Positions 28,854-39,749 of a DNA stretch of 64,000 nucleotides are shown here, one piece after another. The stretch covers positions 1,312,001 to 1,376,000 of the forward strand of contig OY968762.1 in NCBI GenBank assembly GCA_963695225.1. Direction: 5' to 3'. The stretch comes from Vulcanimicrobiota bacterium. GTDB taxonomy: Bacteria > Vulcanimicrobiota > Vulcanimicrobiia > Vulcanimicrobiales > Vulcanimicrobiaceae. Position 1 is the stretch's first letter, and each line of letters opens with the position of its first letter. The notes under the pieces were generated by a model. It was not told where the DNA came from. It saw nothing but the letters and a program-made list of their open reading frames with translations, and made no database searches. A program made the position numbers and the translations under genes.

Positions 28854-29954
28854 GCCGAGCGGCGCCTCACTTGCAGATAAGGCCATACGAACGTGTCGAT
28901 GTCGCCGTCGAGGACGCCCTGCGCGTTCCCGGTTTCGACATCCGTGCGATGATCCTTCACCATTTGATACGGTTGCAGCACGTAGGAACGAATCTGCGAG
29001 CCCCACTCGTTCGCCTTCCGTTCGCCGCGCAATTCCGCGAGCTTTGCCTCGCGCTCCTCGAGTTCGCGCTGCGCGAGCTTCGCCCGAAGGATGTTCATCG
29101 CGACCTCGCGGTTCTGTGTTTGCGAGCGCTCCTGCTGCGAGGAGACGATCAGCCCCGTCGGAACGTGGATGAGCCGGATTGCCGATTCAGTCTTGTTCAC
29201 GTATTGTCCGCCCGCGCCGCCGGACTTGAACGTCTCGATCCGCAAGTCTTCGGGGCGGATCTCGACTGCGATCTTCTCGTCCCCGGCGATCTCCGGGATG
29301 ACGTCGACCGACGCGAACGAGGTATGCCGGCGATGCGCCGCATCGAATGGCGAAAGCCGCACGAGCCGGTGCACGCCGCGCTCGCCGTCGAGCATCCCAT
29401 ACGCGTTCTTCCCGCGCACGAAGAACGTGATCGATTTGAGCCCCGCCTCCTCGGCGGGCGACTCGTCGACGACGTGCGTCGCAAAGCCCTTGCGTTCGGC
29501 CCAGCGCAAATACATCCGGGCGAGCATCTGCGTCCAATCGGCCGCATCGATCCCGCCGGCGCCCGCGAAGATCGAGACGATCGCGCCGTGGTCGTCGTAC
29601 GCCCCGTCGAAGTTCGCGGCCATCTCGAGCGCGTCCGTCCGCCCCTGCGCCTGCTCGATCTGCGCGTCGATCTCGCCCGCGGCGGCCGGATCGTCCCCGA
29701 AGAGCTCGAGCATCTCGCGCCCGTCGGCGACGAGCTTCTCGGCGACGTCGATTTCCACGACTTCCGCGCGCAGATCGGCGAGTTGCTTCATCGTCTTCTG
29801 CGCGGCCTCGGCGTCGTCCCAGAAGCCGTCCGCGCGGGAGCGCTGGTCGAGTTCGGCTACCGCGCGAGCCTTTCCGGCGTAGTCAAAGACGCTCCTTGAG
29901 CGACGCGAGGCGATCGGCGAGCCGCGCGAGGCTCGTGAACTGCGAATCGCTCAC
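28850..29954 (-). CDS. prfB: Peptide chain release factor 2 with programmed +1 frameshift
   Basis: GTG at 29954; 23 codons to AGGAG-CGT-CTT-TGA-C (29888-29882); the +1 frame continues to 28850 with SPF and GGQ motifs. Confidence 0.96.
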
Positions 29955-32660
29955 TTACGCTTCGTTCCCGTGGCAGCGCTTGTACTTCTTCCCCGAACCG
30001 CACGGGCACGGGTCGTTGCGCCCGACCTTCTTCTCCGGCAGCGTCCGCACGGGCTTGCGCGGTTCGTCGTTGCCCAGGTTCGTGTGGAGATCGACGGACC
30101 GCTCCGCGCCCGGCGGGGGCCCCAGCAAACGCTCGGCGGCGACCGAATCTAGGCGCGAGGGCTGCGGTGCGAGCGATCCGTCCGGAACCGGTTCGAACGC
30201 CGGCGCCGGCGCGCGCCCGTTCGTGGGGGCTTCCTGCGCCGGCTGCTCTTCCGTTTGCGCGCCCGTGCCGTCCGGGAACGCGACGTAGCCGGTCCCCGGT
30301 TCGTCGTCCTGCCGTTCGATCGTGATCCGGAAGACCGATTTCAGCGATTCGTCGGCGATGTTCGTCTTGAGATCCTCGAAGATCTCGTACGCCTCTTTTT
30401 CGTATTCGACGCGCGGATCTTTTTGGCCGTAACCGCGCAAGCCGATGCCGGTCTTGAGCGCGTCCATCACGTAGAGATGGTCGACCCAGAGCCGGTCGAT
30501 CGTGGGCAGCATGATGTACTGCGACTCGATCACGCGCATCAGGTCGGGCGAGAGCTCGGCCTCCTTCGCCTCGTACGCTGCGACGCCGATCGCCTCGAGC
30601 CGCGCCTTCATCTCCTTGCGATCGATCTTCTCGAGCTCTTCGACCGTCATGCGCGCCTTGACCGGGAAGAACAGCTCGAGTTCGCTGAGGATCTCGGCGA
30701 GGTCCCACTCGCTCGGGTGGACGTTCTCCGGCGCGTTCTGGTCGACGGCGTTCTCGACCTTATCGTGCAGCGTTTGCAGCATGAAGTCGCGCGTCGGGAA
30801 GGTGGACGCGAGGATCGCCCGGCGGTCGCCGTAGATGATCTCGCGCTGTTTGTTCATGACGTCGTCGTACTCGAGGACCGACTTGCGGATCTCGTAGTTG
30901 TGGTTCTCGACCTTGCGCTGGGCGTTCTCGAGCTGGCGCGTCACGAGCCCGGCTTCGATCGGCGTATCGTCGGTGAAACCGACGCGATCCATGATGTTCT
31001 GCATCCGGTCGCCGCCGAAAAGGCGCATGAACTCGTCCTGCAACGAGTTGTAGAAGCGAGTGGTCCCGGGGTCGCCCTGACGTCCGGCGCGCCCGCGGAG
31101 CTGATTGTCGATCCGGCGGGATTCGTGCCGCTCCGTCCCGATGATGTGCAGCCCGCCCATCTTCGCCACGCCGTCTTCGAGCTTGATGTCGACGCCGCGG
31201 CCGGCCATGTTCGTCGCGATCGTGACCGCATTGCGCTGCCCGGCGTCCTTGATGATCTGCGCCTCTTGTTCGTGATACTTCGCGTTGAGCACGTTGCACT
31301 CGACGCCACGCCGGCGCAGGAGCGCCGCTAGCCGCTCGCTCTTCTCGATCGAGCGCGTGCCGACGAGGACCGGCCGCCCCTGCTCGTGCTCCGCCACGAT
31401 CTCGTCGACGACCGCGTTGAATTTCGCCTCTTCCGTCTTGTAGACGATGTCGGACTGGTCGCGCCGCGCGATCGGCTGGTTCGTCGGGATCACGACGACG
31501 TCGAGGCCGTAGATGTCGCGGAACTCGCGCTCCTCCGTCTTCGCGGTGCCCGTCATCCCGGCAAGCTTCTCGTAGAGCCGGAAGTAGTTCTGGAACGTGA
31601 TCGTCGCGAGCGTCTGATCCTCGCTGCGAACGTTGAGCCCTTCCTTCGCCTCGATCGCTTGGTGGATGCCGTCGGAGTAGCGGCGCCCGTACATCAGGCG
31701 CCCTGTGAACTCGTCGACGATCACGACCTCGCCGTCCTTGACGATGTACTGCTGATCGAGGTGGAACAGATTCCACGCCTTGAGCGCGGCGTTGAGCTGA
31801 TGCGTCAGTTCGAGATTGCGCTGATCGTAGAGGTTCGTGATCCCGAGCATCTTCTCGACGGAGGCGACGCCCTGCTCCGTGATCGGAACCGCGTGGGCCT
31901 TCTCGTCGACCGTGAAATCGACGTCCTTCTTCAAGCGCGGAACGATCTTGGCGAACTTGCCGTAGAGATCGGTCGCTTCCGTCCCCTGGCCGCTGATGAT
32001 GAGCGGCGTGCGCGCCTCGTCGATGAGGATCGAATCGACTTCGTCGACGATCGCGAAATGCAGGTCGCGCTGGACCATCTGCTCGAGCGACCAGGCCATG
32101 TTGTCGCGCAGGTAGTCGAAGCCGACTTCGTTGTTCGTCACGTACGTGATGTCGCAGTTGTAGGCGGCGCGGCGGGCCTCGGCCGGGAGGTCGTGCTGGA
32201 TCACGCCCAGCGTCAAGCCGAGGAAGTGATAGATCGGGGACATCCACTCGGCGTCGCGGCGGGCGAGGTAGTCGTTGACCGTCACGACGTGGACGCCCCG
32301 GCCGAGCAGGGCGTTCGCGTAGACGGCGAGCGTCGCGACGAGCGTCTTCCCTTCGCCCGTCTTCATCTCGGCGACCTTGCCTTCGTGGAGAACCTGGCCG
32401 CCCATGATCTGAACGTCGAAATGCCGCATCCCGAGCGTGCGCTTGGAGGCCTCCCGGACGACCGCGAACGCCTCCGGCAGCATCGAGTCGAGCGTTTCGC
32501 CCTTTTCGAGCCGCTGCTTGAACTCGGCGGTCTTCGCCTTGAGCGCCTCGTCGGAGAGCGCCGAGAGCTTCGGTTCGAGGGCGTTGACGGCCACCGCGGT
32601 CTTCCGCAGACGCGCGACCTCACGCTCGTTCGGATCGAAGAGATTCTTCAGGAAAGCCAT
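29955..32660 (-). CDS. secA: Preprotein translocase ATPase SecA
   Basis: [58 protein letters not shown] motif [13 protein letters not shown]. Confidence 0.98.
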   Translation of the reverse strand: MAFLKNLFDPNEREVARLRKTAVAVNALEPKLSALSDEALKAKTAEFKQRLEKGETLDSMLPEAFAVVREASKRTLGMRHFDVQIMGGQVLHEGKVAEMKTGEGKTLVATLAVYANALLGRGVHVVTVNDYLARRDAEWMSPIYHFLGLTLGVIQHDLPAEARRAAYNCDITYVTNNEVGFDYLRDNMAWSLEQMVQRDLHFAIVDEVDSILIDEARTPLIISGQGTEATDLYGKFAKIVPRLKKDVDFTVDEKAHAVPITEQGVASVEKMLGITNLYDQRNLELTHQLNAALKAWNLFHLDQQYIVKDGEVVIVDEFTGRLMYGRRYSDGIHQAIEAKEGLNVRSEDQTLATITFQNYFRLYEKLAGMTGTAKTEEREFRDIYGLDVVVIPTNQPIARRDQSDIVYKTEEAKFNAVVDEIVAEHEQGRPVLVGTRSIEKSERLAALLRRRGVECNVLNAKYHEQEAQIIKDAGQRNAVTIATNMAGRGVDIKLEDGVAKMGGLHIIGTERHESRRIDNQLRGRAGRQGDPGTTRFYNSLQDEFMRLFGGDRMQNIMDRVGFTDDTPIEAGLVTRQLENAQRKVENHNYEIRKSVLEYDDVMNKQREIIYGDRRAILASTFPTRDFMLQTLHDKVENAVDQNAPENVHPSEWDLAEILSELELFFPVKARMTVEELEKIDRKEMKARLEAIGVAAYEAKEAELSPDLMRVIESQYIMLPTIDRLWVDHLYVMDALKTGIGLRGYGQKDPRVEYEKEAYEIFEDLKTNIADESLKSVFRITIERQDDEPGTGYVAFPDGTGAQTEEQPAQEAPTNGRAPAPAFEPVPDGSLAPQPSRLDSVAAERLLGPPPGAERSVDLHTNLGNDEPRKPVRTLPEKKVGRNDPCPCGSGKKYKRCHGNEA

Positions 32661-32704
32661 ACGAAGGGTTAACCGTTCTTCCTAATTCAAAGTTCCGGGC
32701 GGCG

Positions 32705-32833
32705 CTAGTGGTGCCCGATGACGACGTACGCGACGATGGCGAGGACGACGAGGATTCCGAGCGCGATCGCGATCCGAAGAAAGTCCCGGGGCTTAGGCCC
32801 CGGGGCGCCCGTATTGATGATTTGCCTGCCCAT
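32705..32833 (-). CDS. Small 42-aa single-pass membrane protein
   Basis: MGRQIINTGAPGPKPRDFLRIAIALGILVVLAIVAYVVIGHH; clear TM helix; GC3-biased codons. Confidence 0.55.
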   Translation of the reverse strand: MGRQIINTGAPGPKPRDFLRIAIALGILVVLAIVAYVVIGHH

Positions 32834-32886
32834 TATACTAGGCCGATTTCGCCCCGTGTCACGTAAAACCGCTAAGCGGACCGGCG

Positions 32887-33711
32887 CTAGATCGAGACCC
32901 GGACGGGGTGCTCCAGGTAGTCGTTCCCGCTCTCCCGGAGGAGTTCTTCGGCCGTCACGAACTTGAAGCCGGCCTTCCGGAAGCGGTCGACGACCTCCGG
33001 AATCATCTCGATCGTCGGGAGGCGGCCGCTGTGCAGCAAGACCAGATCGGGCGCGGTCGCGTACTCCACCATGTGGTCCACGATCGCTTGTGGCCCGACC
33101 GTGCGCCAATCGCCCGGGTCGTCCGTCCAGAGGACGACGTCGAAACCCGCCCGCTGGACGGCGAGCACGGTCGCTTCGGTGAAACGGCCGTGCGGCGGCC
33201 GCATCATCGTGCGCACCGACGAATCGGCCGTGAAGCGGCCCAGAGCGCCTGCTGCGTCGTCGAGTTCGCGCTTGATCTCGTCCGGGCCGAGCGCGTCGAG
33301 GTTCGGATGCGTCATCGTATGGTTCGCAATCTCGTGTCCCTCGCGCGCGATGCGGGCGGTGATCTCGGGGAACTCTTGGGCGTCGCGCCCGATCAGGAAG
33401 AACGTCGCCGGAACGTGCAGGTCGGCGAGCACGTCCAGCAGGAGGGGCGTCTTGACCGGGTACGGACCGTCGTCGAACGTCAGGGCGATCAGCTTTGGAG
33501 CGGCCGCGCGGTCGGGCGCCGGCCGTGCGGCGAGGAGCCGGGCGAGGCGCGCATCGGCCTGCATCGAGACCGCGCGGTGGGCATCTTCGTCGTGGCGGAC
33601 GATGATCGGCGTGGGCGGCTCCGCGCCGCGCACGAAGTACTGGTACGCGCCGGCCCCGAGGAGGGCGACGGGGAAGAGCGCGAACGCGGCGAGGCGGGAA
33701 GCGCGGCTCAC
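32887..33711 (-). CDS. Polysaccharide deacetylase (NodB/CE4)
   Basis: LTFDDGP, ATFF, HEIANHTMTH, RPPHG, LLH. Confidence 0.92.
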   Translation of the reverse strand: MSRASRLAAFALFPVALLGAGAYQYFVRGAEPPTPIIVRHDEDAHRAVSMQADARLARLLAARPAPDRAAAPKLIALTFDDGPYPVKTPLLLDVLADLHVPATFFLIGRDAQEFPEITARIAREGHEIANHTMTHPNLDALGPDEIKRELDDAAGALGRFTADSSVRTMMRPPHGRFTEATVLAVQRAGFDVVLWTDDPGDWRTVGPQAIVDHMVEYATAPDLVLLHSGRLPTIEMIPEVVDRFRKAGFKFVTAEELLRESGNDYLEHPVRVSI

Positions 33712-35021
33712 TTGACCGCGGACGCCTCCGCATGGAGCGTCGCGACGAAATCCCGCCCGACGATGACGGTCACGTCGGTATCGGCGTCTTCGCTCGGCGT
33801 CTGCACCGGCGCGACGGTCGCCGCCGGGAGCGCGAGCGAGCGCAAGCGTTCTCCCGCCAGGGGCGTCTTCGCCGAATGCACGTGGATCTCGGTCGCGTCG
33901 TAGCCGAAGGAGTCGGCGTTCGCCACCGTCCCGATGGTGAAGCCCTTTCGCTTCAAGAACCCGGCCATCTTCAGGCCCGCGCCGGGTTCCCCGCTCCCGT
34001 TGCGCACGCTGACGGTCACGCTCTTGGGATCGACGGCGGCGACGGCCTGCGGGTCTATCGGCACGTCCGGGAGGATCGGATCGAGGAACAGCTTCTGGAC
34101 CAGCTTCCCCTTTGCGTCCTCATCCGCCAGCAGCACGTTCCCGCAGCACGGCGTGTCGATCGCTTCCGTGAACGGCACCTGATCCCGCTTGATCGAGGCG
34201 ACGTCGATCGCCGCGAAAGCGGCCGCGATGCTCTTCATCTCGTCGAACGAGAAGTCGGTGTAGACGTTCTTGCGCAACACCGCGAGCAATTGCGGGATGT
34301 GCGTAAAGTCGTTCAGGCCGTCGGATTTGATCTTGCCGATCGCGATCGCGATCACTTGCTGCTGGCGTTTGATCCGGCAGGGATCTCCGCAGGCGTCGTG
34401 CCGGAAGCGGCTGTACGAGACGGCCTGCTCGCCGTTCATGTGATACTTCCGGCCGCCCTTGAAATGGATGTGGAGATGCCCCCAGCTGTCGTCGTAATCC
34501 ATCGTCTCGTCGGGGACGACGTCGATCCCGCCGATCGCGTCGATCAAGTCCTTGCTCGCGTCGATCCGCAGCGTCACGTACCGGTCGAACCCCGACAGCC
34601 CCAAGAAGGAAGCGACGGTTTCCTCAGCGCGCGTCGGGCCGCCGAGCGCGTAGGCCGTGTTGATCTTGTCCTTCCGCGCGCTCGGCGTGATGGGAGCGTA
34701 CATGTCGCGCGGAACGGAGAGGATCGAAAGCGAGGGCTTCGGGTTCGCATCGGTCGGGAAGTTGACGGAGAGCGCCATGATGGTATCGCTGCGCGCGTTC
34801 GTCGAGAACTCCTGATCCTTGGCGTCGTAGTCGTAGTCGAGCCCCATGACGAGTACCGTGATGCGGTCTTTCGCAAAGTGTCGCTGCGGCGGCTCCACGA
34901 ACATCGCCGTGAAGGCCTGCGCGGCCGTCTGGTGGTGCCGCAGCGCCCGAAGGGCGACGTATCCACCGGCGACTGCCAGGACGAATGCGAGCGCGAGCCC
35001 CGCGTAGCGCGCGAACTTCAT
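33708..35021 (-). CDS. LCP (LytR-CpsA-Psr) family protein with LytR_C domain
   Basis: N-terminal TM; RSDTIM, SVPRD, KINTAY, YSRFRHD, RIKRQQ; C-terminal VRNGSG..G...D.TVIVGRD. Confidence 0.92.
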   Translation of the reverse strand: MKFARYAGLALAFVLAVAGGYVALRALRHHQTAAQAFTAMFVEPPQRHFAKDRITVLVMGLDYDYDAKDQEFSTNARSDTIMALSVNFPTDANPKPSLSILSVPRDMYAPITPSARKDKINTAYALGGPTRAEETVASFLGLSGFDRYVTLRIDASKDLIDAIGGIDVVPDETMDYDDSWGHLHIHFKGGRKYHMNGEQAVSYSRFRHDACGDPCRIKRQQQVIAIAIGKIKSDGLNDFTHIPQLLAVLRKNVYTDFSFDEMKSIAAAFAAIDVASIKRDQVPFTEAIDTPCCGNVLLADEDAKGKLVQKLFLDPILPDVPIDPQAVAAVDPKSVTVSVRNGSGEPGAGLKMAGFLKRKGFTIGTVANADSFGYDATEIHVHSAKTPLAGERLRSLALPAATVAPVQTPSEDADTDVTVIVGRDFVATLHAEASAVK

Positions 35022-36451
35022 CGCTTGGCCGACCATCCTCCGGCGGTCGCCGGGACGCGGGCGGCCTCACCGTAGAAATCGAAGCTCGTCGACCCGCGCA
35101 ACGTCACCTCCACGAACGTCCCGGCCGGCGCCTCCGCCGCAAAGTAGATCCCGCCGTCGACACCCGGCGCCTCGCCGGGCGAACGTCCGAACGTCGCGCG
35201 CGCCGCTCCGAGCGCGCCCCGTAGCGGGTCGCTCTTGCGTAGCGCCCGGCTCCCCTCGACGAGGACGCGCACCGTCTCGCCGACGCGCCGCGCGCGCGCG
35301 CGTTCCGAAGCGCGCCGCTGCGCCTCGCGCAGGCGGAGCAAGCGCGTGCGCTTCTCGCGCGCGGGAACTTGATCCGGCAACGCGGCCGCCGGCGTCCCCT
35401 CCTCGCGGCTATAAACGAAGAAGCCGACGCGGTCCAGTTCCGCGCGCGCGAGCCACGCTTCGAGATACGCGACGTGCTCCTCGCGTTCGCCCGGGAAGCC
35501 GACGATGAACGTCGAGCGCAGCGTGATCCCGGGGACGCGGCGGCGGAACTCGTCGACGATCTCGAGATACCGCTCCCCATTCGAAGGCCGCAGCATCGCA
35601 CGCAAGATCTCGGGATGCGCGTGCTGCAACGGCATGTCGAGGTAGGCGCAGACCTTCGGCAAGCGCGCCATCGCCTCGATCAGGTCATCGTCGACGGTCG
35701 CCGGGTAGAGGTAGAGCAGGCGGATCCATTCGAGCGCTTCGATCTCGTTCAACTCCGCGAGCAGCGCCGCGAGGCCGCCGCGGCGGAGGCTTCGGTCCCG
35801 GCCGTACATCGATGTGTCCTGCGCGATCAGGATCAGCTCCCGCGTCCCGCCTGCGGCGAGCGCCCGCGCCTCCGCGAGGATCGATTCGAGGCTGCGGCTG
35901 CGGAACGGGCCACGCAACTGCGGGATGATGCAGAACGTGCACGGATGGTCGCAGCCTTCGGCGACCTTGAGATACGCGGTAGCTCTCGGGGTGGTGATCA
36001 AGCGCGGGAGGAAATCGTGTTCGGGTTCCTCCAGGAACTCCAGCCGAACGGGGGCGAGCCCCGCGCTCGCCTCGTCGAGGACCTCGACGATCGACGCGAA
36101 GGCACCCGTCCCGACGACCCCGTCGATCTCAGGGACGAGAGAGCGCAACTCCTCGCCGAAGCGCTGCGAGAGGCAGCCGGCGACGATCAAGCGTTGGCCC
36201 GGCAGCTTGGCTTGGGCGTGCCGCAAGATCGCGTCCGTCGATTCGGCCTTCGCCGCATCGATGAACGCGCACGTGTTGATGACGATTGCGTCCGCTTCGG
36301 CGGCCTCCGGGACGAGTTCCCAGCCCGCCGAACCGAGTTTCCCGATCATCACCTCCGAGTCGACGAGGTTCTTTGCGCAACCGAGACTGACGAAGGCAAC
36401 CCGCCGAGCTGCGGACGGGGCAAGCCCGGGTCTTGAGGACAGTGAGGACAT
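35018..36451 (-). CDS. rimO: Ribosomal protein S12 methylthiotransferase
   Basis: SLGCAKNLVDSE, NTCAFI, AGCLSQR, EGCDHPCTFC, TRAM-like C-terminus (APGVDG). Confidence 0.95.
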   Translation of the reverse strand: MSSLSSRPGLAPSAARRVAFVSLGCAKNLVDSEVMIGKLGSAGWELVPEAAEADAIVINTCAFIDAAKAESTDAILRHAQAKLPGQRLIVAGCLSQRFGEELRSLVPEIDGVVGTGAFASIVEVLDEASAGLAPVRLEFLEEPEHDFLPRLITTPRATAYLKVAEGCDHPCTFCIIPQLRGPFRSRSLESILAEARALAAGGTRELILIAQDTSMYGRDRSLRRGGLAALLAELNEIEALEWIRLLYLYPATVDDDLIEAMARLPKVCAYLDMPLQHAHPEILRAMLRPSNGERYLEIVDEFRRRVPGITLRSTFIVGFPGEREEHVAYLEAWLARAELDRVGFFVYSREEGTPAAALPDQVPAREKRTRLLRLREAQRRASERARARRVGETVRVLVEGSRALRKSDPLRGALGAARATFGRSPGEAPGVDGGIYFAAEAPAGTFVEVTLRGSTSFDFYGEAARVPATAGGWSAKR

Positions 36452-36499
36452 TGAGCCCTATTGTACCCTCTTTCTCGCCGGGCGACCTGGGACTTCTCT

Positions 36500-36988
36500 C
36501 TACCGATAGTTCGTGAACTGCAGCGGGAGTTCGTAATCGAGCGCCTTCAGCAGTGCCTGGACCTTCTGGAGATCGTCGCGGCTCTTGCCGGAGACGCGGA
36601 TCTGGTCGTCTTGGAACTGCGCGTTGACCTTGAGCTTCGCGCCCTTGATCGCCTCGAGCAAGGGCTTGCTCTTGTCCTTGGGGATCCCGCTGCGCACGGT
36701 GATCGTCTGCCGCACGGCATTCCCGGCGGCCGGCTCGACCTTCCCGTATTCGAACGCCTTGATCGAGATGCCGCGCTTGGTCGCGCGGCTCTGCAGCATA
36801 TCCACGACGTTCTTGAGCTTGAGCTCGTCGTCGGTCGTGATCGTGATCGTCTTGTCGGTGCTCTCGACGCTCGTCTTCGAATGCTTGAAATCGAAACGGC
36901 CCTCGATCTCCTTGCGCGTCTGATTCAGGGCGTTGTCGAGTTCTTGTGGATCGACGCGCGAAACGACGTCGAAGGAACTATCGGCCAT
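36500..36988 (-). CDS. yajQ: YajQ family cyclic di-GMP/nucleotide-binding protein
   Basis: SFDVVS, RFDFK, RVSGKSRDDLQ, LQFTNYR. Confidence 0.95.
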   Translation of the reverse strand: MADSSFDVVSRVDPQELDNALNQTRKEIEGRFDFKHSKTSVESTDKTITITTDDELKLKNVVDMLQSRATKRGISIKAFEYGKVEPAAGNAVRQTITVRSGIPKDKSKPLLEAIKGAKLKVNAQFQDDQIRVSGKSRDDLQKVQALLKALDYELPLQFTNYR

Positions 36989-37817
36989 TTTGCTCCTGGG
37001 CTAAGGGAAACGAGCGCTCGACGACGCTCCCCGGAGCGCCGAGCGTACCAAGGCTTCGGCCGTTCACCGCGACCTCGACGCCGCCGGCATTTCCGACGCG
37101 GACCGTGGCGATATGGCCGTGAAACGTCTTGTCGGAGCCCGCCGGGAGCAGGCCTTCGAACTCGGATTTGCCGTCGACCACGACGCGCAGCCACGAATTC
37201 GCAACCGTGTGGACGGTGAGCGTCGCCGTCGCGGCCAACGGGCCGCCGGGCATCGTCGAGGCCGGGTTCGGAAAACCGCTGGCGCCGGATGCCGCGGGCG
37301 CGGGGAGCGCCCCCGGGACCGCCGCGGCGGCGCTCCCGGAACCGGGCGAAGCGGCGGCCGCGGTCCCCGCCGGGGCGGCGCCCGAAGCAGCCGGCGCGGG
37401 GCTCGAGGCAGCGGTCGGCGCGGGCGCCGAGTTCCCGCGCAGCATCTGGACGTACGTGAAGCCGACGAGCAGCACGAGCAGAACGGCGACGCCGCCGAGG
37501 ATCCAAACGAGCGGCGACGTCGGCCGGGGTTCGTCGAAATCGACCGAGCGGTAGGCGCCGACCGCCGTCTGCACGGGCTCCGCACCGGCGAGCGTCTCGT
37601 TATAGCGATCGATCGCTCGCTCGGGGTCGACCCCGAGAAATCGTGCGTACGTCCGCAAGAACCCGCGCACGTAGACCGGCGCCGCGATCGCGGACCAGTT
37701 CTCGTCTTCGATGCCCTGCAGGTAGACCGCGCGGATATGAATCTGCTCGGAGACATCGGAAAGCGAAAGCTTTCGCGCCTCGCGCGCAGCCCGGAATTCC
37801 TCTCCGAGTGACGGCAT
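36978..37817 (-). CDS. rodZ: RodZ-like protein (HTH_25, TM, DUF4115)
   Basis: LGEEFRAARE, YVRGFLRTYARFLG, TM helix, WLRV..DG, VGNAGGV. Confidence 0.88.
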   Translation of the reverse strand: MPSLGEEFRAAREARKLSLSDVSEQIHIRAVYLQGIEDENWSAIAAPVYVRGFLRTYARFLGVDPERAIDRYNETLAGAEPVQTAVGAYRSVDFDEPRPTSPLVWILGGVAVLLVLLVGFTYVQMLRGNSAPAPTAASSPAPAASGAAPAGTAAAASPGSGSAAAAVPGALPAPAASGASGFPNPASTMPGGPLAATATLTVHTVANSWLRVVVDGKSEFEGLLPAGSDKTFHGHIATVRVGNAGGVEVAVNGRSLGTLGAPGSVVERSFPLAQEQNGR

Positions 37818-37860
37818 GGCGTTTGGAGTTTGCCCAGTCGTTCGGTTATCCTCTGCATTG

Positions 37861-38946
37861 ATGGAACGCGTGATCGCCGCGATGAGCGGCGGAGTCGATT
37901 CCGCCGTCGCGGCGGGCCTGCTGGTCGAAGCGGGCTACGAGGTCGTCGGCGTGACGATGAAGATGTACGCACCCTCGCGTTCCCCGCACGCGAAGTCGTG
38001 CTGCGGCGCTCGGGATTTCGACGATGCGCGGCGGAGCGCTGCGCGCATCGGAATTCCGCACTACGTGCTCGATTTCGAAGAGACGTTCGCGCGCAACGTC
38101 GTCGCGCGCTTCGCCGACGATTACCGCCGGGGACGAACGCCGAATCCGTGCGTTGCGTGCAACAACTTCGTCAAGCTCGGAGCGCTGCGCGCGTACGCCG
38201 GCCGGCTCGGCGCGCGGTACGTCGCGACCGGGCACTATGCGCGTCTGGAGCACGGCCCCGACGGTCCGCATCTCTTCGCCGCCGCCTCCGCTGCGAAGGA
38301 CCAGTCCTACACGCTCGCGCAGCTTACGCCCGCGCAGCTCGACGGACTCTTGCTCCCGCTCGGGGACCTCGAGAAAACGGAGACGCGGGTGCACGCGGAA
38401 CGGCTCGGACTGCCCGTGCATGCCAAGCCGGATTCCCAGGACATCTGTTTCGTCGAAGGCGGCGACTACCGGGCGTTGCTCGAGCGCGGGGAGGCCACGG
38501 GGGAACCGGCGGGCGCCGTCGTCACCACCGACGGCACGCCCGTCGGGCGGCACGGCGGCATCTCCGGCTTCACGATCGGCCAGCGGCGCGGCCTGCCGCC
38601 GACGACGTTCAACGACGGGCCGCGTTACGTTACGCGCATCGACCCGCTCTCGAACACGATCGTGATCGGCCGCGAGGAGGAACTTGCCGGGTTCGGCCTG
38701 CTCGCCGGAGAGCTGAATCTGATCCGGCCCGAACGCTTCGCCTCCGGCCCGGTCCGGGTTCGCGCGATGACGCGCTATCGCGCTCCGCTGAATTTCGCGC
38801 GCGCCGAGGTCGAGCCCGGCGGAAACGGCCTGCGGCTGACGTTCGAGACGCCGGAGCGCGCGATCGCCCCCGGACAACTCGTCGCCCTCTACGACGAAGC
38901 CTCGGACGAGGTACTCGGGGCCGCGACGATCGTCAAATCGCTCTGA
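37861..38946 (+). CDS. mnmA: tRNA 2-thiouridine(34) synthase
   Basis: AMSGGVDSAV, TPNPCVACN, ATGHYA, KDQSY, DSQDICF, TIGQRRG, PGQ. Confidence 0.96.
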   Translation: MERVIAAMSGGVDSAVAAGLLVEAGYEVVGVTMKMYAPSRSPHAKSCCGARDFDDARRSAARIGIPHYVLDFEETFARNVVARFADDYRRGRTPNPCVACNNFVKLGALRAYAGRLGARYVATGHYARLEHGPDGPHLFAAASAAKDQSYTLAQLTPAQLDGLLLPLGDLEKTETRVHAERLGLPVHAKPDSQDICFVEGGDYRALLERGEATGEPAGAVVTTDGTPVGRHGGISGFTIGQRRGLPPTTFNDGPRYVTRIDPLSNTIVIGREEELAGFGLLAGELNLIRPERFASGPVRVRAMTRYRAPLNFARAEVEPGGNGLRLTFETPERAIAPGQLVALYDEASDEVLGAATIVKSL

Positions 38947-39693
38947 ATGACGCGTAACTGGACGCAGCGGCGCGGCGTGATCCGCCGCTCCCCGATGCAA
39001 ACAGGGCTTGGCCTCTACACCCGCAGCCTGCTGGTGCGCGGCCGCGTGCGCGAGCGCGTCGAGGGACTCGAATTCGTCCCCGCCTCCGGCCCGACGCTGA
39101 TCGTCGCGCGGCACGTCCATCACGAGTTCGACGGCGCGATCCTCGAACAGCATCTCGGACGCGACGTGCACATCTTCGTCGGGCTCGATTGGATCGAACG
39201 GCGCTTCGTGCGCGTGCTGATGGAGCGCCTCTGCGCCGCGGTCGCGTGGCCCGTCGCGCTCCGGCCGGGCGCGCTCGAGGCGGACGGCGCGCGCTCGGCG
39301 TTCGCGTCGAAGGAGACGTTCCGCTATCTCCAGACCGCGACGCGCCGCACCGTCGAACTGCTGCGCGCCGGGAAGCTCGTCGTCATCTTCCCGGAAGGCT
39401 TCCCCGATATCGATCCCAAGGGCTCGCGCAAGCCCGAGGGCCGCATGCTCCCGTTTCAAGACGGCTTCGCGCGCTTCATCGAACTCGCCGAACGGGACGG
39501 GCGCACGCACGTCGCCGTCGTCCCGGCCGGCTTCTCGTTCTCGGGGCGAGGGCATCGGTACCCCGTCGCGCGCTTCGGCCCGCCTTTACGGCGAGCCGCC
39601 TACCCGAGCCGCCGGGCTTTCATCGACGAGTTGGAGCGGCGCGTCGCCGCCCTCTCGGCCGCCCCGCCCAGGAGCGATCTGCGCCAAAGGTGA
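38947..39693 (+). CDS. Lysophospholipid acyltransferase (PlsC-like)
   Basis: VEGLE.VP..GP.LIVARH..H..DG and IFPEG motifs. Confidence 0.8.
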   Translation: MTRNWTQRRGVIRRSPMQTGLGLYTRSLLVRGRVRERVEGLEFVPASGPTLIVARHVHHEFDGAILEQHLGRDVHIFVGLDWIERRFVRVLMERLCAAVAWPVALRPGALEADGARSAFASKETFRYLQTATRRTVELLRAGKLVVIFPEGFPDIDPKGSRKPEGRMLPFQDGFARFIELAERDGRTHVAVVPAGFSFSGRGHRYPVARFGPPLRRAAYPSRRAFIDELERRVAALSAAPPRSDLRQR

Positions 39694-39749
39694 CGCTCGG
39701 GCTTGCGGCACCGGACTCTCTTGCTCCGTCCGGCGAGCCGCCGAGCGGC

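Noticed and set aside
28850..29954. prfB as a pseudogene
   Set aside because: The in-frame stop is the canonical programmed frameshift site.
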